DNA of 64,000 nucleotides, from NCBI GenBank assembly GCA_016212275.1, contig JACRGR010000010.1:5593-69592 (forward strand), given 5' to 3'. The position numbers and the translations under genes are program-made. Below are positions 19,201-25,926 of this stretch, in pieces; within the stretch, counting starts at the first letter, position 1; the number at the start of each line of letters is the position of its first letter. The stretch comes from Nitrospinota bacterium (GTDB lineage Bacteria; Nitrospinota_A; UBA7883; JACRGQ01). Under the pieces are notes generated by a model. It saw nothing but the letters and a program-made list of their open reading frames with translations. It ran no database searches and was not told the origin of the DNA.

Positions 19201-19361
19201 GGCTCCGCGCCCACCAGTTCGGCGGTGAGAAGGCGCTCGAACTGCCCGAAGCTGATGATGGAGCCGCCGAATGCCGCGCCGGTCCGGCTGGCGGCGAGGT
19301 GTTTGGCTATTTCTTCTTCGGCTTTCAGGCGCGTCGGATAGACGCGGAGTATTTCCCCCAT
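16266..19361 (-). CDS. addB: AddB-type nuclease subunit (inactive-helicase scaffold plus Fe-S PD-(D/E)XK nuclease)
   Basis: 1031 aa; overlaps addA by 8 nt. The C-terminus carries ECPFRYF...IDRVD...VIDYKYS...QAPLY...CVFCPYPRVC, a Cas4/AddB-type four-Cys nuclease. No Walker A is visible in the N-terminal 60 aa. Confidence 0.75.
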   Translation of the reverse strand: MGEILRVYPTRLKAEEEIAKHLAASRTGAAFGGSIISFGQFERLLTAELVGAEPVSDVRRWLLLHEAASYSPHRPPAGDTEGFVRSTGEVIHQIKLGLVTADELEHIEGFAPGKEEWLKKVFARYERLLRKNGARDGADIMAELLARMAALAAPPRCVSRFGEIHIHGVFHFAPSRFELIRLLGQRLPVILQFPLPDDRRRVFDFAERDIRKFQSLEDDAGNIELRFDEPSSAPTPLAGFCASLFGEKRPAPIVGLSDAVEILKNTGRYREIEEVAEKILLMKEGREWSDFCLVFRDLEKYGQIVEDVFRRAGIPVYLRRGVPVRANPYVRTLLGIFGAIETGYDRDEIAKLATSSYFAFLPAGVADHEAENLLFAAGVTNGPPAYWKKRLSSAHRGKKGKTVVAKILKLVATLEKLEKATRAGACIAAFKAVVKLLASRPLAASAPFSLRDAWCRSAFDEAWSELETSVGELGMANAHFGWQAMRRLLLNSLGNAHTPEWPGRNHVFALNVHELAGRTFKTVFICGLHDGEFPLRLQRGSILGEAEKSAFNKNHAEALLARTPRLAPGRMVFSRLGESWEEEAFIFYLAARAAETKLVLTHSATDLAGRELLPSPFLEEIMDAWPEIKPQVTKPVALEKEYASQLDASAREAKLLADLFSRGADEAGALRSWYRHFAQKPGFLMACERSNIERERLKFYAEFDPAIRARAANRFTGKLDGPSSAPFMGYLRNKVRRTHSPTALERYAECPFRYFMSRVLECEPAPIPTAETERTEEGNAAHHILQNYYHGFKTTRPLPPLAKRLAALGKCADEVFHRMEKEGVAVEPELWEISKQQILTALERLVADEETFYGDEPFEVLATEYAFGGKDRPSTLACGGETVRLTGKIDRVDWLPQSRLLRVIDYKYSSGKAVYAALLKPETFCETSFQAPLYLFAALKHLGRNAAGGYAAYCLLKKEPAITKHIPAMFDALPPPALAALEGDERFGGKIIALVKKMESGDFSVTPGGCVFCPYPRVCRIIEVREVQADE

Positions 19362-19406
19362 GGGCGTTATTGTAGCGCGTCCGGGAGGGGAGGGGGAAAG
19401 GTAAGG

Positions 19407-19796
19407 TTATTCTTTTAGATGATTGGGATTGCCGCCGGTGAAGCCGGTATAGGCGGTGATCATTTCAATGATGGCTTCCTTGGACGTTTTGCCTTCCAGT
19501 TTCAGCTTGTCCTGGAATGCCTTGAACAGTTCCTCGGTCATTTCCACGTTGAGGTTGTGGAATCCCCTTCGTGCGTGGGGGGCGGAGGGGGGCCGGTCGA
19601 ACGCCGCGCGGGGCTGAACGAACCCGCCGCCCTGCTGGTGGCGCGGCGCGCTTTGCTGGCTCTGGCCGGACGGGTTGTGGTGCATCATGTTCACCCGGTA
19701 ATTGGGCGACACATGTTTCGGCCCTTGCGGGTTTTGCTTGCGTCCTTTAGGGCTGAAGCGTGAGCGTCCGCCCTGCGATTGATTTTTATGAAACAT
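19407..19796 (-). CDS. Small protein: basic Gln/Gly/Pro-rich N-terminal region plus ribbon-helix-helix-like C-terminus
   Basis: 129 aa. The C-terminal FHNLNVEMTEELFKAFQDKLKLEGKTSKEAIIEMITAY has the strand-helix-helix pattern of CopG/Arc-type RHH domains (judged by eye). It is the first gene upstream of addB on the same strand. Confidence 0.5.
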   Translation of the reverse strand: MFHKNQSQGGRSRFSPKGRKQNPQGPKHVSPNYRVNMMHHNPSGQSQQSAPRHQQGGGFVQPRAAFDRPPSAPHARRGFHNLNVEMTEELFKAFQDKLKLEGKTSKEAIIEMITAYTGFTGGNPNHLKE

Positions 19797-19808
19797 TGAT
19801 TTGTGTTA

Positions 19809-19837
19809 ACCTTAACAAACGGTAACAGCGTTGTCAA
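19809..19837 (-). promoter_or_regulatory. Candidate promoter for the small RHH-like gene/addBA operon (TTGACA-N17-TAAGGT)
   Basis: The minus strand reads TTGACAacgctgttaccgtttgtTAAGGT, ending 12 nt before the ATG at 19796. Confidence 0.3.
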
Positions 19838-19873
19838 ACATTGCATATCTTTTGTCGGGTTTAGGGGGGAACT

Positions 19874-21022
19874 ATGCCAATCGTAGCGGAGATATCCCGT
19901 AGTCAGCGCTCGGTTCACCCAAGTGATGGCAAATCCAATGGCGTTCACATATTCAGGTTGGGAGAACTGTTTTGCGGTCCGGGTGGCATGGCCTTGGGTG
20001 CTCTTAACGCTGGGGTCAACCACGATGGGGAGCAGTATAAAATTGCCCACGCATGGGCGACCGATTACGACAGCGATACTTGCGAGACTTACATAAAAAA
20101 CATTTGTCCATCCAGTTCCGGTACTGTGATTTGCCGGGATGTCAGGACGCTCGATTGTTCCATCCTGCCGGAAATAGATGCATTTGCATACGGATTTCCA
20201 TGTAACGACTTTAGTATCGTTGGGGAAAAGAAAGGGGTAGAAGGAAAATTTGGCCCACTATATCAATATGGAGTCAAGGCCCTTAACAAGTTCAAACCGA
20301 AATTCTTTATCGCTGAAAATGTTGGTGGCATTACAAGCGCCAATGAGGGAAATGCATTCCAGCGGATAGTGCGGGAATTGGAGGCAAGCGGAAACGGATA
20401 CGACCTTTCCATAAACCTTTATAAATTTGAAGAATATGGCATCCCTCAAGCCCGTCACCGGGTAATTATTGTTGGTATGGAAAAACGGCTTGGCAGGATA
20501 TTCAAGGTTCCTCGCCCAACCACTCTCAATCATCCGGTGTCATGCAGAGTTGCCTTGGAACAACCTTCCATCCCTCCAAACGCCAACAACCAGGAGCGTA
20601 CGGCCCAATCTAAAAATGTTGTGGAACGCCTTAAATTCATCCGTCCTGGTGAAAACGCCTGGAACGCGCAACTGCCGCCGCACTTGAAGCTCAATGTTAA
20701 AGGAGCCAAACTTAGCCAAATCTATAAAAGGCTGGATCCTCAAAAGCCGGCATACACCATAACCGGTAGTGGCGGAGGTGGCACCCATGTTTATCACTGG
20801 GAAGAACCAAGAGCGCTCACCAACAGGGAAAGGGCAAGATTGCAGACTTTTCCAGATAATTTCGAATTTTGCGGCGCCAAGGAAAGCGTAAGGAAGCAGA
20901 TCGGAATGGCCGTTTCTCCCAAGATGGCGGAGATTATCTTCAATGCCGCATTAAAGACAATGGCGGGCATTGAATATCCGTGCGTTCCTTCATCATTGAG
21001 CAGTCAAAGCCGGCTTTTTTGA
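19874..21022 (+). CDS. DNA (cytosine-5)-methyltransferase
   Basis: 382 aa with motif I LFCGPGGMALG, motif IV GFPCNDFS, motif VI AENVGG, motif VIII QARHRVIIVG, and the C-terminal TNRERARLQTFPDNF...QIGMAVSP. It lies in an AT-richer block. Confidence 0.9.
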   Translation: MPIVAEISRSQRSVHPSDGKSNGVHIFRLGELFCGPGGMALGALNAGVNHDGEQYKIAHAWATDYDSDTCETYIKNICPSSSGTVICRDVRTLDCSILPEIDAFAYGFPCNDFSIVGEKKGVEGKFGPLYQYGVKALNKFKPKFFIAENVGGITSANEGNAFQRIVRELEASGNGYDLSINLYKFEEYGIPQARHRVIIVGMEKRLGRIFKVPRPTTLNHPVSCRVALEQPSIPPNANNQERTAQSKNVVERLKFIRPGENAWNAQLPPHLKLNVKGAKLSQIYKRLDPQKPAYTITGSGGGGTHVYHWEEPRALTNRERARLQTFPDNFEFCGAKESVRKQIGMAVSPKMAEIIFNAALKTMAGIEYPCVPSSLSSQSRLF

Positions 21023-21025
21023 ATT

Positions 21026-21976
21026 ATGAACCAATTCATCGAACAAGCTATGAAACAGCTCAACCTCGATGAAGGGGAATTTGCGCTAATCCTTTCAAAG
21101 GCGGTGGCAGGCGGGGAACTGGAAGATGAGAATGAGCCAGAAGAATGGATTACCCAACGCCTTTTGCCCAACACCGTTTTCATTGGAAAGGACGATTATG
21201 CCCGGATGTGTATCAATGCACTTAAAATATTATCAAACGTCGCCGCCACGGATTACGGGTCAAGTCGGCAAAGGGACATGGGGCAATTGTGGGCGGATAT
21301 GATGAGAGGCTATTTGGGGGAAATCGCATTCCTGAAATTTCTTGAAAAGTGGAATGTGAAGGCACGCCTCGACCATGAAAAGCGAACTCTGGAAGACTAT
21401 TTGCCTATGGATATTCATGAAGTCCAATTTGACGGGGTACCACCAAGGCCACCGAAACTTCGCATTAGTGTAAAAACGACGAAGTGGAACGGAATATGGC
21501 TCGATATTCCCGGCGGACAGTTCAATCATTCGGATATTCATGTGCTGGTAAAAGTGGGAGTGGGAAGGGATCATCTTTTTGCATTTTTCAAGGAGATAAG
21601 CGTCTTTCGTGACAAAATCCTCAAAATTGGCGAGGAAGCGGGAAGCCTGACCAAGGCAGAATCGGCTCGACTGTATGATGCCCTTCCTTCCTTTAAGGAA
21701 ATTCCCGCATATATTACCGGATTTGCCAAAAGGGACCTCCCTTATTCGGATTTGCCATACGTTGGAAAAAAGGGACGGAAAAACTACACCATCACGGGAT
21801 GGAACGGCCCCATTAGGCCTGGCGATTTGGAAGAAATCAAACGACGCGAAAAAATTGACGGAAAGATACAATTTACGGGAATCGGCGAATTCTCGCATGA
21901 CCAGGGATACTTATTTAATACCGGAACCCTGCTCTGGCAAAAGGAGGAATGGGATAGGGTTGTTTCTTCGATGTAG
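21026..21976 (+). CDS. Putative Type II restriction endonuclease partner of the adjacent methyltransferase
   Basis: 316 aa. It starts 3 nt after the methyltransferase stop and has the same low-GC composition. A possible PD-(D/E)XK-like core is LPMD-x19-SVKTTK. I recognise no other family. Confidence 0.45.
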   Translation: MNQFIEQAMKQLNLDEGEFALILSKAVAGGELEDENEPEEWITQRLLPNTVFIGKDDYARMCINALKILSNVAATDYGSSRQRDMGQLWADMMRGYLGEIAFLKFLEKWNVKARLDHEKRTLEDYLPMDIHEVQFDGVPPRPPKLRISVKTTKWNGIWLDIPGGQFNHSDIHVLVKVGVGRDHLFAFFKEISVFRDKILKIGEEAGSLTKAESARLYDALPSFKEIPAYITGFAKRDLPYSDLPYVGKKGRKNYTITGWNGPIRPGDLEEIKRREKIDGKIQFTGIGEFSHDQGYLFNTGTLLWQKEEWDRVVSSM

Positions 21977-21991
21977 CAGGGTCATCACACC

Positions 21992-22978
21992 ATGAGGTTT
22001 GCCGATCCGTACGCGCTCCTGCTTTTGCTTCTGCTACCGGTGTGGGCGTATGTCCACCTCGGCAGGAAAAAGAAGGCGCCCGCGCTTGTGTTCGCCTCAA
22101 TCGGCGAAATGAGGGACGCGCCGCCCCCCGCGTCGGTGAAATTCCGTCATGCCCCGTTTGTGCTCCGCCTTTGCGCCGTGGCGCTCCTCATCGTGGCGCT
22201 GGCCCGCCCGCAGTCCGGCGCGGGCACGCAGGAGATCACTGGCAAAGGGATAGACATCATGCTGGCGCTCGATACCTCCACCAGCATGGACATCATGGAC
22301 ATGCCCCCCACCCGGCTGGAGGCGGCGAAGAACGCCATCCTGCAGTTCGTCGAACGGCGGAAAAACGACCGCATCGGTCTCGTGGTATTCGCGGGCGCCA
22401 GTTTTACCAAATGCCCGCTCACGCTCGACTATGCCACACTCACCTCGTTCATCCGCCCCGTGACCAGCGGAATGGTGGAAGACGGCACGGCGATAGGGAT
22501 GGCGATAGCCACCTCCGTAAACCGCTTGAAACAGTCGGACGCGAAATCGCGCATCGTCATTCTGCTAACCGACGGCATGAACAACCGCGGGCTGATAGAC
22601 CCGGAGACGGCGGCGGGGCTGGCCGAAACGGAAAAGGTGAAGATATACACCATCGGCGTGGGGACACGCGGGATGTTTTACGCGCAGGTGGACGACCCGG
22701 TGTGGGGCAAACGCACCGTGCCGGTGCAAAGCGATATAGATGACGACCTGCTGAAGAAAATATCCGGGCGCACGGGCGGGCGGTATTTCGCCGCGACCGA
22801 CGCGCGCGAACTGGAGCGGATATACGAAGAGATCGACCGGCTGGAGAAAAGCGAGGTGAAAAGCACGGTGCATTTTGAATATGCCGAGCGGTTCATGCCG
22901 TTCGCGCTGGTGGGGCTATTCCTTTTGTGCGCCGAGTTCGTGGCCGCCAAAAAGTTCATCAGGAGCCTGCCGGAATGA
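21992..22978 (+). CDS. batA: BatA-type membrane-anchored von Willebrand factor A domain protein
   Basis: 328 aa with a typical BatA start (MRFADPYALLLLLLLPVWAY), the VWA MIDAS motif (DIMLALDTSTSM) and a C-terminal TM. Confidence 0.8.
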   Translation: MRFADPYALLLLLLLPVWAYVHLGRKKKAPALVFASIGEMRDAPPPASVKFRHAPFVLRLCAVALLIVALARPQSGAGTQEITGKGIDIMLALDTSTSMDIMDMPPTRLEAAKNAILQFVERRKNDRIGLVVFAGASFTKCPLTLDYATLTSFIRPVTSGMVEDGTAIGMAIATSVNRLKQSDAKSRIVILLTDGMNNRGLIDPETAAGLAETEKVKIYTIGVGTRGMFYAQVDDPVWGKRTVPVQSDIDDDLLKKISGRTGGRYFAATDARELERIYEEIDRLEKSEVKSTVHFEYAERFMPFALVGLFLLCAEFVAAKKFIRSLPE

Positions 22979-23946
22979 GGTGGGGCGCGGAACAGTATCT
23001 GCACCTGCTCTGGCTGGCGCCGGGTCTTCTCATGCTGTTCATTTGGTTTTCCCGGCAGGGGAGGGCGCGGCTTGACCGGTTTGGCGCATCGGTCCCCCGT
23101 TTGGTGACGGGAGAGCGGAGAGGAAAAGGGGCGTTTCGTTTGTTCCTTTTCCTCGCGGCAATCGCATTGATCGCCGTTACCCTTGCCCGCCCGCAGATAG
23201 GGACGAAAGAGGTGCGGATGAAACGCTCCGGGTTCGACGTGATGATCGCGCTGGATACTTCGTACAGCATGGCGGCGGAGGATGCCGCGCCGAACCGGTT
23301 GGCGCGCGCGAAGAAGGAGGTTGAGCGCATCACGGAATCGCTGGCCGGGAACCGGGTGGGACTTTTGCTCTTCGCGGGGGACAGCGTGGTGGAATGCCCG
23401 CTCACCACCGATGTTTCGACGATGAAGATGATCCTATCGGCGGTGGGTTACAACGCCGTTTCACGCGGGGGGACGGATATTTCGGGCGCGATACGCAAAT
23501 CGGCGGCGGCATTGAGGTCATCCGGCACCGGGGCGAAGGTCATTGTGCTTTTGACGGACGGCGAGGATCTTGAGGGGAATCCGCTGGAGGAGGCGAAGAA
23601 AGCGGCGAAGGACGGCGTGATGATCTACGCCGTCGGGGTTGGCTCGAAAGCGGGCGCGCCGATCCCATTGCGGGACGAAAAGGGAAAGCTGACGGGGTAC
23701 AAGAAGGACGGCAACGGGCAGGTGGTAATGACGAAGCAGGACGATTCCGCGCTCCACGCGATTGCCGAAACGACCGGCGGAATGTTTGTCTCTTTGCAGG
23801 ACGGGGATATTTCTCCGGTCATCGAGTCCATCCTCAAGCAGGAAAAAGGGGAGTTCGGCGAACAGAAGTCCACGGTTTATGAGGAACGCTTCCAGATACC
23901 GCTGGTGGTCGCGCTGGTTCTGCTGGTAGTTGAGTTTTTTATTTAA
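22975..23946 (+). CDS. batB: BatB-type VWA domain membrane protein
   Basis: The ATG at 22975 overlaps the batA stop (ATGA). Sequence runs MRWGAEQYLHLLWLAPGLLMLF...DVMIALDTSYSM... and ends in a C-terminal TM. Confidence 0.75.
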   Translation: MRWGAEQYLHLLWLAPGLLMLFIWFSRQGRARLDRFGASVPRLVTGERRGKGAFRLFLFLAAIALIAVTLARPQIGTKEVRMKRSGFDVMIALDTSYSMAAEDAAPNRLARAKKEVERITESLAGNRVGLLLFAGDSVVECPLTTDVSTMKMILSAVGYNAVSRGGTDISGAIRKSAAALRSSGTGAKVIVLLTDGEDLEGNPLEEAKKAAKDGVMIYAVGVGSKAGAPIPLRDEKGKLTGYKKDGNGQVVMTKQDDSALHAIAETTGGMFVSLQDGDISPVIESILKQEKGEFGEQKSTVYEERFQIPLVVALVLLVVEFFI

Positions 23947-24589
23947 CGCTTCGGGTGCGCTCGATCCACAGTCCCCACAGCGGGAAGAGCCACGCAAGTG
24001 GCGCGAACCACATCAACGCCGTTTCGCTGGGCGGGGGCGGACCGAACAGGTTCCCGAAATAGGATGCCACGCAAAAGAGAACAAACGACCACAGCGAGAT
24101 GATCCCCATTTTTCCGGTGGGCGCGGCGGTTTTCGTGTAAAGCCAGACTCCGGCGGCAAACAGCGCCCCTTCCACCAACAAAGTGGCGGGGAGCGAGTTC
24201 CAAAGGCCCAGCCCCACCTTCCACCCGTTCCACGGGAGCAGAGGCATATCCGCCCGGTGTGAAATAAAATCCAGCACCCAATGGCTCACCACCAAAGCAA
24301 ATACCGCGATGCCTCCCGTTCGGTAGGCCGTGATGCGGAAGTAGGCGTACCCGAACAATGCGCCATAGGCCAACGACATCACAAGGCTGTGCGAATAGGG
24401 ATAGCTGATGAATTCCAGCGGCGTGACCACCGTATCGCCTGGCGCGATGCGCACCGTTTCCAGGCCCAGTATGAGGAGGATGGGCCACAAAAGATCCAAC
24501 AGCGATGCCGCGATGATAAGAATGCCCAGATTCGTTTTTGGCGCGCATTTTTTCGCGGCGAGCGCCACACCGTAATGTCCGATGAACAT
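23939..24589 (-). CDS. Conserved polytopic membrane protein (possibly YdjM/DUF457-like membrane-bound hydrolase)
   Basis: The internal ATG gives MFIGHYGVALAAKKCAPKTNLGILIIAASLLDLLWPILLILGLE..., with 6-7 TM segments. The family assignment is from memory and is tentative. Confidence 0.55.
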   Translation of the reverse strand: MFIGHYGVALAAKKCAPKTNLGILIIAASLLDLLWPILLILGLETVRIAPGDTVVTPLEFISYPYSHSLVMSLAYGALFGYAYFRITAYRTGGIAVFALVVSHWVLDFISHRADMPLLPWNGWKVGLGLWNSLPATLLVEGALFAAGVWLYTKTAAPTGKMGIISLWSFVLFCVASYFGNLFGPPPPSETALMWFAPLAWLFPLWGLWIERTRSVK

Positions 24590-24660
24590 GTTGCAATTAT
24601 ATCGCGTCCGGAGAGGGTGGTAACTACCCGCAATGCGGGGGGAGGTATATAATTTAAGGA

Positions 24661-25356
24661 ATGGAAAACGGAACGGTGTTATCCGCAAGCGGAATAGAAA
24701 AAAGTTTCACCGCCCCCGGCGCGGCCCGGCTGGACATCTTGCGCGGGCTTGACCTCACCGTCCCGGCGGGGAAGCTTGTGGGGATCGTCGGCGCATCCGG
24801 CACCGGCAAATCCACATTGCTCCACATCCTCGGCGGGCTGGACCATCCTTCCGCCGGAACCGTGGCCATAGGCGGGCAGGACATTTTCGGGCTGGATGAC
24901 AACAAGCGTTCGCTGTTCCGCGGGAACACCATAGGGTTCGTGTTTCAGTTCCACCACCTTTTGCCGGAGTTTTCCGCGCTGGAAAACGTGGTGATTCCCT
25001 CGATGATAACGAAGAGGGACCAAACCGCCGCGCGAAAAAAGGCTGAGGAACTGTTCAAGTCGGTGGGGATTGCCGAAAGGATGTCGCACCGCCCCGGCAA
25101 GCTATCCGGCGGCGAACAGCAGAGGGTGGCCATCATCCGCGCGCTGATGAACGAACCGCGGCTTTTGCTGGCGGACGAGCCGACCGGCAATCTGGACGAG
25201 CACACCGCCGAAGAGGTGTTCGCGCTCATCCGCGGGTTGGTAACGGAAAAGAACATCGCCTCGGTCATTGTGACGCACAACATGAAACTTGCCGCCATGA
25301 TGGACACCGTGTACGAGCTTCATGAGGGTCGCTTGCATGTCCGAGAAGAAAAATAA
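24661..25356 (+). CDS. lolD: LolD-like ABC transporter ATP-binding protein
   Basis: 231 aa with Walker A GASGTGKST, the LolD-type IGFVFQFHHLLPEFSALENV, the signature LSGGEQQRV and Walker B LLLADEPTGNLD. Confidence 0.8.
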   Translation: MENGTVLSASGIEKSFTAPGAARLDILRGLDLTVPAGKLVGIVGASGTGKSTLLHILGGLDHPSAGTVAIGGQDIFGLDDNKRSLFRGNTIGFVFQFHHLLPEFSALENVVIPSMITKRDQTAARKKAEELFKSVGIAERMSHRPGKLSGGEQQRVAIIRALMNEPRLLLADEPTGNLDEHTAEEVFALIRGLVTEKNIASVIVTHNMKLAAMMDTVYELHEGRLHVREEK

Positions 25357-25648
25357 AAAAGGCCAAGACAAGCCATCGGCTGTTGCCGAGACCGAGGTGG
25401 TGCCTCCCTACCGGGTGATCCTGCATAACGACGACACGACCCCGATGGACTTTGTGGTGGATACGCTGGTGCGCCATTTCATCCCGGACCACAACCGCGC
25501 GGTGGATGTGATGATGGAGGCGCATCGAGAGGGGCGGGCGCTGGCGGCGGTCCTGCCGCTGGAGCATGCCGAGTTCAAGGTGTCACAGGCGCACGAGCGG
25601 GCGCGGGCGAACGGCTTTCCACTCACGTTCACCATCGAACCGGGCTAG
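25337..25648 (+). CDS. clpS: ATP-dependent Clp protease adaptor ClpS
   Basis: PPYRVILHNDDTTPMDFVVDTLVRHF...VMMEAHREGRALAAVLPLEHAEFKVSQAHERARANGFPLTFTIEP. The ATG at 25337 is preferred. Confidence 0.85.
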   Translation: MSEKKNKKGQDKPSAVAETEVVPPYRVILHNDDTTPMDFVVDTLVRHFIPDHNRAVDVMMEAHREGRALAAVLPLEHAEFKVSQAHERARANGFPLTFTIEPG

Positions 25649-25784
25649 AGCATTTTAAATTATCTCGCAAGCGCCACAGTGTCATTCTGAGCGAAGCGAA
25701 GAATCTCTACGGTGAGATTCTTCAGTCGCTAACGCTCTTTCAGAATGACAGGGTGCTGTATCAATATTCAGTTAAAATGCTCTA
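25646..25784. repeat. Nested palindromic intergenic element (MITE/REP-like)
   Basis: A perfect 13-bp inverted repeat, TAGAGCATTTTAA (25646-25658) / TTAAAATGCTCTA (25772-25784), encloses an imperfect long hairpin at 25681-25749. The hairpin arms are GTCATTCTGA...GAAGAATCTC and GAGATTCTTC...TCAGAATGAC. Confidence 0.6.
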
Positions 25785-25830
25785 ACAGTAGCCAATTGCG
25801 GCGAAGTTAATCTTGGATTGGTTGCAATAT

Positions 25831-25851
25831 CCCCTCCTTTCCAAGGAGGGG
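25831..25851. terminator. GC-rich hairpin CCCCTCCTT-tcc-AAGGAGGGG between convergent clpS and MCP genes
   Basis: A perfect 9-bp stem followed by an A-run on the plus strand (a T-run precedes it on the minus strand). Terminator function is uncertain. Confidence 0.25.
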
Positions 25852-25884
25852 GAAAAAAGGGGAGGCTTACCAAAACCCCGCCTG

Positions 25885-25911
25885 CATCCTCCCCTTGAAA
25901 AGGGGAGGATG
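25885..25911. terminator. GC-rich hairpin CATCCTCCCCTT-gaa-AAGGGGAGGATG, 16 nt downstream of the MCP stop
   Basis: A perfect 12-bp stem. A short TTTG follows on the plus strand. There is no strong U-tract for the minus-strand MCP transcript. Confidence 0.3.
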
Positions 25912-25926
25912 TTTGAGAGAGTTACT

